Origin: an uncultured Actinomycetes bacterium | Lineage (GTDB): Bacteria > Actinomycetota > Actinomycetes > S36-B12 > UBA10799 | Assembly (NCBI GenBank): GCA_963752505.1 | Contig: CAVVYM010000006.1 | Span: 192,379 to 256,378, forward strand | Direction of reading: 5' to 3' | DNA length: 64,000 nucleotides | In this document: positions 61,960 to 64,000 of the stretch, piece by piece | Numbering within the stretch: position 1 is the stretch's first letter | Layout of the letters: each line of letters starts with the position of its first letter | The notes under the pieces: generated by a model | The model's database searches: none | Told to the model about the DNA's origin: nothing | The model's input: only the letters and a program-made list of their open reading frames with translations | Program-made: the position numbers and the translations under genes

Positions 61960-62453
61960 GCGATGCGACGAGCCTGTACGACCTGACCTACACAACCAAC
62001 CGCGGGGACGTGGTGCCGCTGTCGGAGTACACCGGCCGGCCGGTGCTCATCGTCAACACAGCCAGCAAGTGCGGTTTCACGCCGCAGTACGAAGGGCTGG
62101 AGGAGCTCTACCAGCAGTTCGGCGACCGCGGCCTCGTGGTGATCGGATTCCCCTGCGACCAATTCGCGCACCAGGAGCCCGGCAACGACGACGAGATTGC
62201 CGAGTTCTGTTCGCTGAACTACGGCGTGACGTTCCCGTTGTCGACGAAGATCGACGTGAACGGCTCGGATACCGACCCCGTCTTCGCGTTCTGCAAATCC
62301 AAGGCCGGTGGGCTCATGGGATCGACCATCAAGTGGAACTTCACCAAGTTCCTGGTGGCCCCGGACGGCACGACCGTCACGCGCTACGCCCCGAAGACGA
62401 ACCCCGAGACTCTCGCCCCTGATATCGAGGCAGTGCTTCCGACGCCTGAGTGA
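61956..62453 (+). CDS. Glutathione peroxidase-family (Cys-type) peroxidase
   Basis: VNTASKCGFTPQY, GFPCDQFAHQEPG, IKWNFTKFLV; ATGA overlap with crtI. Confidence 0.93.
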   Translation: MSDATSLYDLTYTTNRGDVVPLSEYTGRPVLIVNTASKCGFTPQYEGLEELYQQFGDRGLVVIGFPCDQFAHQEPGNDDEIAEFCSLNYGVTFPLSTKIDVNGSDTDPVFAFCKSKAGGLMGSTIKWNFTKFLVAPDGTTVTRYAPKTNPETLAPDIEAVLPTPE

Positions 62454-62479
62454 ATCGTCGCCGAAGTACCCCGGCGGCC

Positions 62480-64000
62480 TCAGGGATCCGGCCGAGGGGC
62501 GGTGGCGGGGCTGGGCAGCGGACCGACGATAGTCTGCCTGGCGGCCACCCCGGCCGCGATGGGGTTCTCCGGCAAGAGGCCGTGATCGCCCGGGGCGCCC
62601 AGCAGCAACCGCCGCTCCCGCGGGCTGGTCATCAGCACCACCGCGATGATGCCGGCAACGATGAGCAGCCCGATGCCCTCGGAAAGCTGCAGGTAGGTGT
62701 CCTGCGTGGAACTCGACGTGGCCAAGGCGTGCAAGGTAAACACCGCGGTGCCGAGCAGCACGACGCGGAACTCGTTGCGCCGCAGACCTGCTGCCACGAG
62801 CAGCGGCAAACACCACAGGACATACCACGGCTGCACTACCGGACCCAGAAAAACGATGGCGGCGAACGCAAGACCGGCCGCCCGGGTGGCGGATCTGCCC
62901 TCGGGTTTGAGTGCCAGCCAGGCGATGAATCCCAACGCCAACAACTGCCCGATGGCGCGCATGATGGCCACCATGGTGTCCACCGAGGCGATACCTGCCC
63001 AACTCGTCACCTGTCCGGTGATCATCCCCAGCGCAGTGGGCGGTGACAGCCAGGTACGCACCTTCCCCGGTGTCGCCAACGCATCGAGCCACCCCAAGCC
63101 CGTCCGGCTCAGCAGGCTCAGGGCCGCGAAGACGACGATGACGATCACCCCGGCGTACACCCACTTGACCACCCGCGACCAGAATCCGGCCCTCGTGCCG
63201 GCCCAGATCAGGCCGATGAACGGCAGCGCCAGCAACCCGATGGGCTTGACCGCGCCGGCCAGCGCGATCAGCACCACGGCGGTCACACAGCGGCGCTCAA
63301 TCGCCATGACGAAGGCCACCGTGATGAGCCCCACCATCAAGGCGTCGTTGTGGATTCCGACGATGAAGTGCATGTAGACCAGCGGGTTCAGCGCGACCAG
63401 CCACAGCGCCTTGGAGCTGTCTATGCCGTGCAACTGCGCTAGCCGCACCACACCCCAGGCCATCATGGCTACGCCCACCACGGCGATGAGGCGGAAGACG
63501 TAGGCACCGAACAGCGGATCACCGCCGGTGAAGTCCGCGACCCCACGTTCCAGGATCAGGAACAGCGGGCCGTACGGGGCTGGCGATTCGCCCCACAACG
63601 GGTCGGCTCCGGTGCCAAACCAGCCGGGCACCGCGACGACCCCCGAGGTGTAAGGGTCCTTCCCCTCCTGCAGCAGGAGACCCTGCGCGTAGTACGAGTA
63701 CACGTCGCGCGAGAACAGTGGGAACGCAAAGAGCAGCGGCAATCCCCAGGCGACCATGGTCCCCCAGAGCCGACGGGCATCGCGCAACGACGAGTGCATC
63801 ACCCCGAACCCCAGCGCCAGCCACGATTGCAGCAGCAGACCCACGCCCAGCAGCACCGAGATCTTGGAGATGATGGTGCCCGAGCTCGAGCCCCTCAGCG
63901 ATTCCACGAGCGGCACCGAGTTGAGCCCGGAGCTCACGGGAAGCCAGCCGACGCCCAGTGAGCCCAAGGTGATCAGCAGCGAGGCGACGACGCCCGGCAC
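62480..64000 (-). CDS. Polyprenol-phosphomannose alpha-1,6-mannosyltransferase (MptA/MptB family), 5' end may lie outside window
   Basis: PLFSRDVYSY, PAPYGPLF, LNPL, HNDALM, AVK, PVVQPWY. Confidence 0.88.
   Translation of the reverse strand: MPGVVASLLITLGSLGVGWLPVSSGLNSVPLVESLRGSSSGTIISKISVLLGVGLLLQSWLALGFGVMHSSLRDARRLWGTMVAWGLPLLFAFPLFSRDVYSYYAQGLLLQEGKDPYTSGVVAVPGWFGTGADPLWGESPAPYGPLFLILERGVADFTGGDPLFGAYVFRLIAVVGVAMMAWGVVRLAQLHGIDSSKALWLVALNPLVYMHFIVGIHNDALMVGLITVAFVMAIERRCVTAVVLIALAGAVKPIGLLALPFIGLIWAGTRAGFWSRVVKWVYAGVIVIVVFAALSLLSRTGLGWLDALATPGKVRTWLSPPTALGMITGQVTSWAGIASVDTMVAIMRAIGQLLALGFIAWLALKPEGRSATRAAGLAFAAIVFLGPVVQPWYVLWCLPLLVAAGLRRNEFRVVLLGTAVFTLHALATSSSTQDTYLQLSEGIGLLIVAGIIAVVLMTSPRERRLLLGAPGDHGLLPENPIAAGVAARQTIVGPLPSPATAPRPDP

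Noticed and set aside
62050-62095. Selenocysteine in the peroxidase
   Set aside because: The active-site codon is TGC (Cys) and there is no in-frame TGA.

Overview
High-GC actinomycete chromosomal window made up mostly of core genes in four blocks. (1) 1-17.4 kb: branched-chain amino acid and serine genes (cimA, ilvE, leuB, leuA, serA, ilvC/N/B, ilvD), with leader-peptide regulators before leuA and ilvB. Small accessory genes are interspersed, including an inverted-domain photolyase. (2) 20-44 kb: rluA-lspA-dksA, ileS and a complete dcw cluster (mraZ to divIVA), with MraZ boxes and a twin-loop mraW-like RNA. (3) 44.8-50.9 kb: a LexA-box-controlled cassette DUF6504-HEPN(SAV_6107)-dnaE2-dinB that lacks imuA/imuB. 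(4) 51-64 kb: glycosylated-carotenoid genes (crtA-like, cruF, GT2, two desaturases, polyprenyl synthase), vanX, metF, a peroxidase and a GT-C mannosyltransferase. leuA and murF each carry a 1-nt frameshift, probably a sequencing error. I found no rRNA, tRNA, CRISPR array or transposase. All family calls come from motif recognition by eye; no database searches were run. The best candidates for something undescribed are the ImuA/B-less mutasome with a HEPN subunit, the inverted photolyase with putative 4Fe-4S ligands, and the twin CUUCCCC RNA with a downstream terminator.
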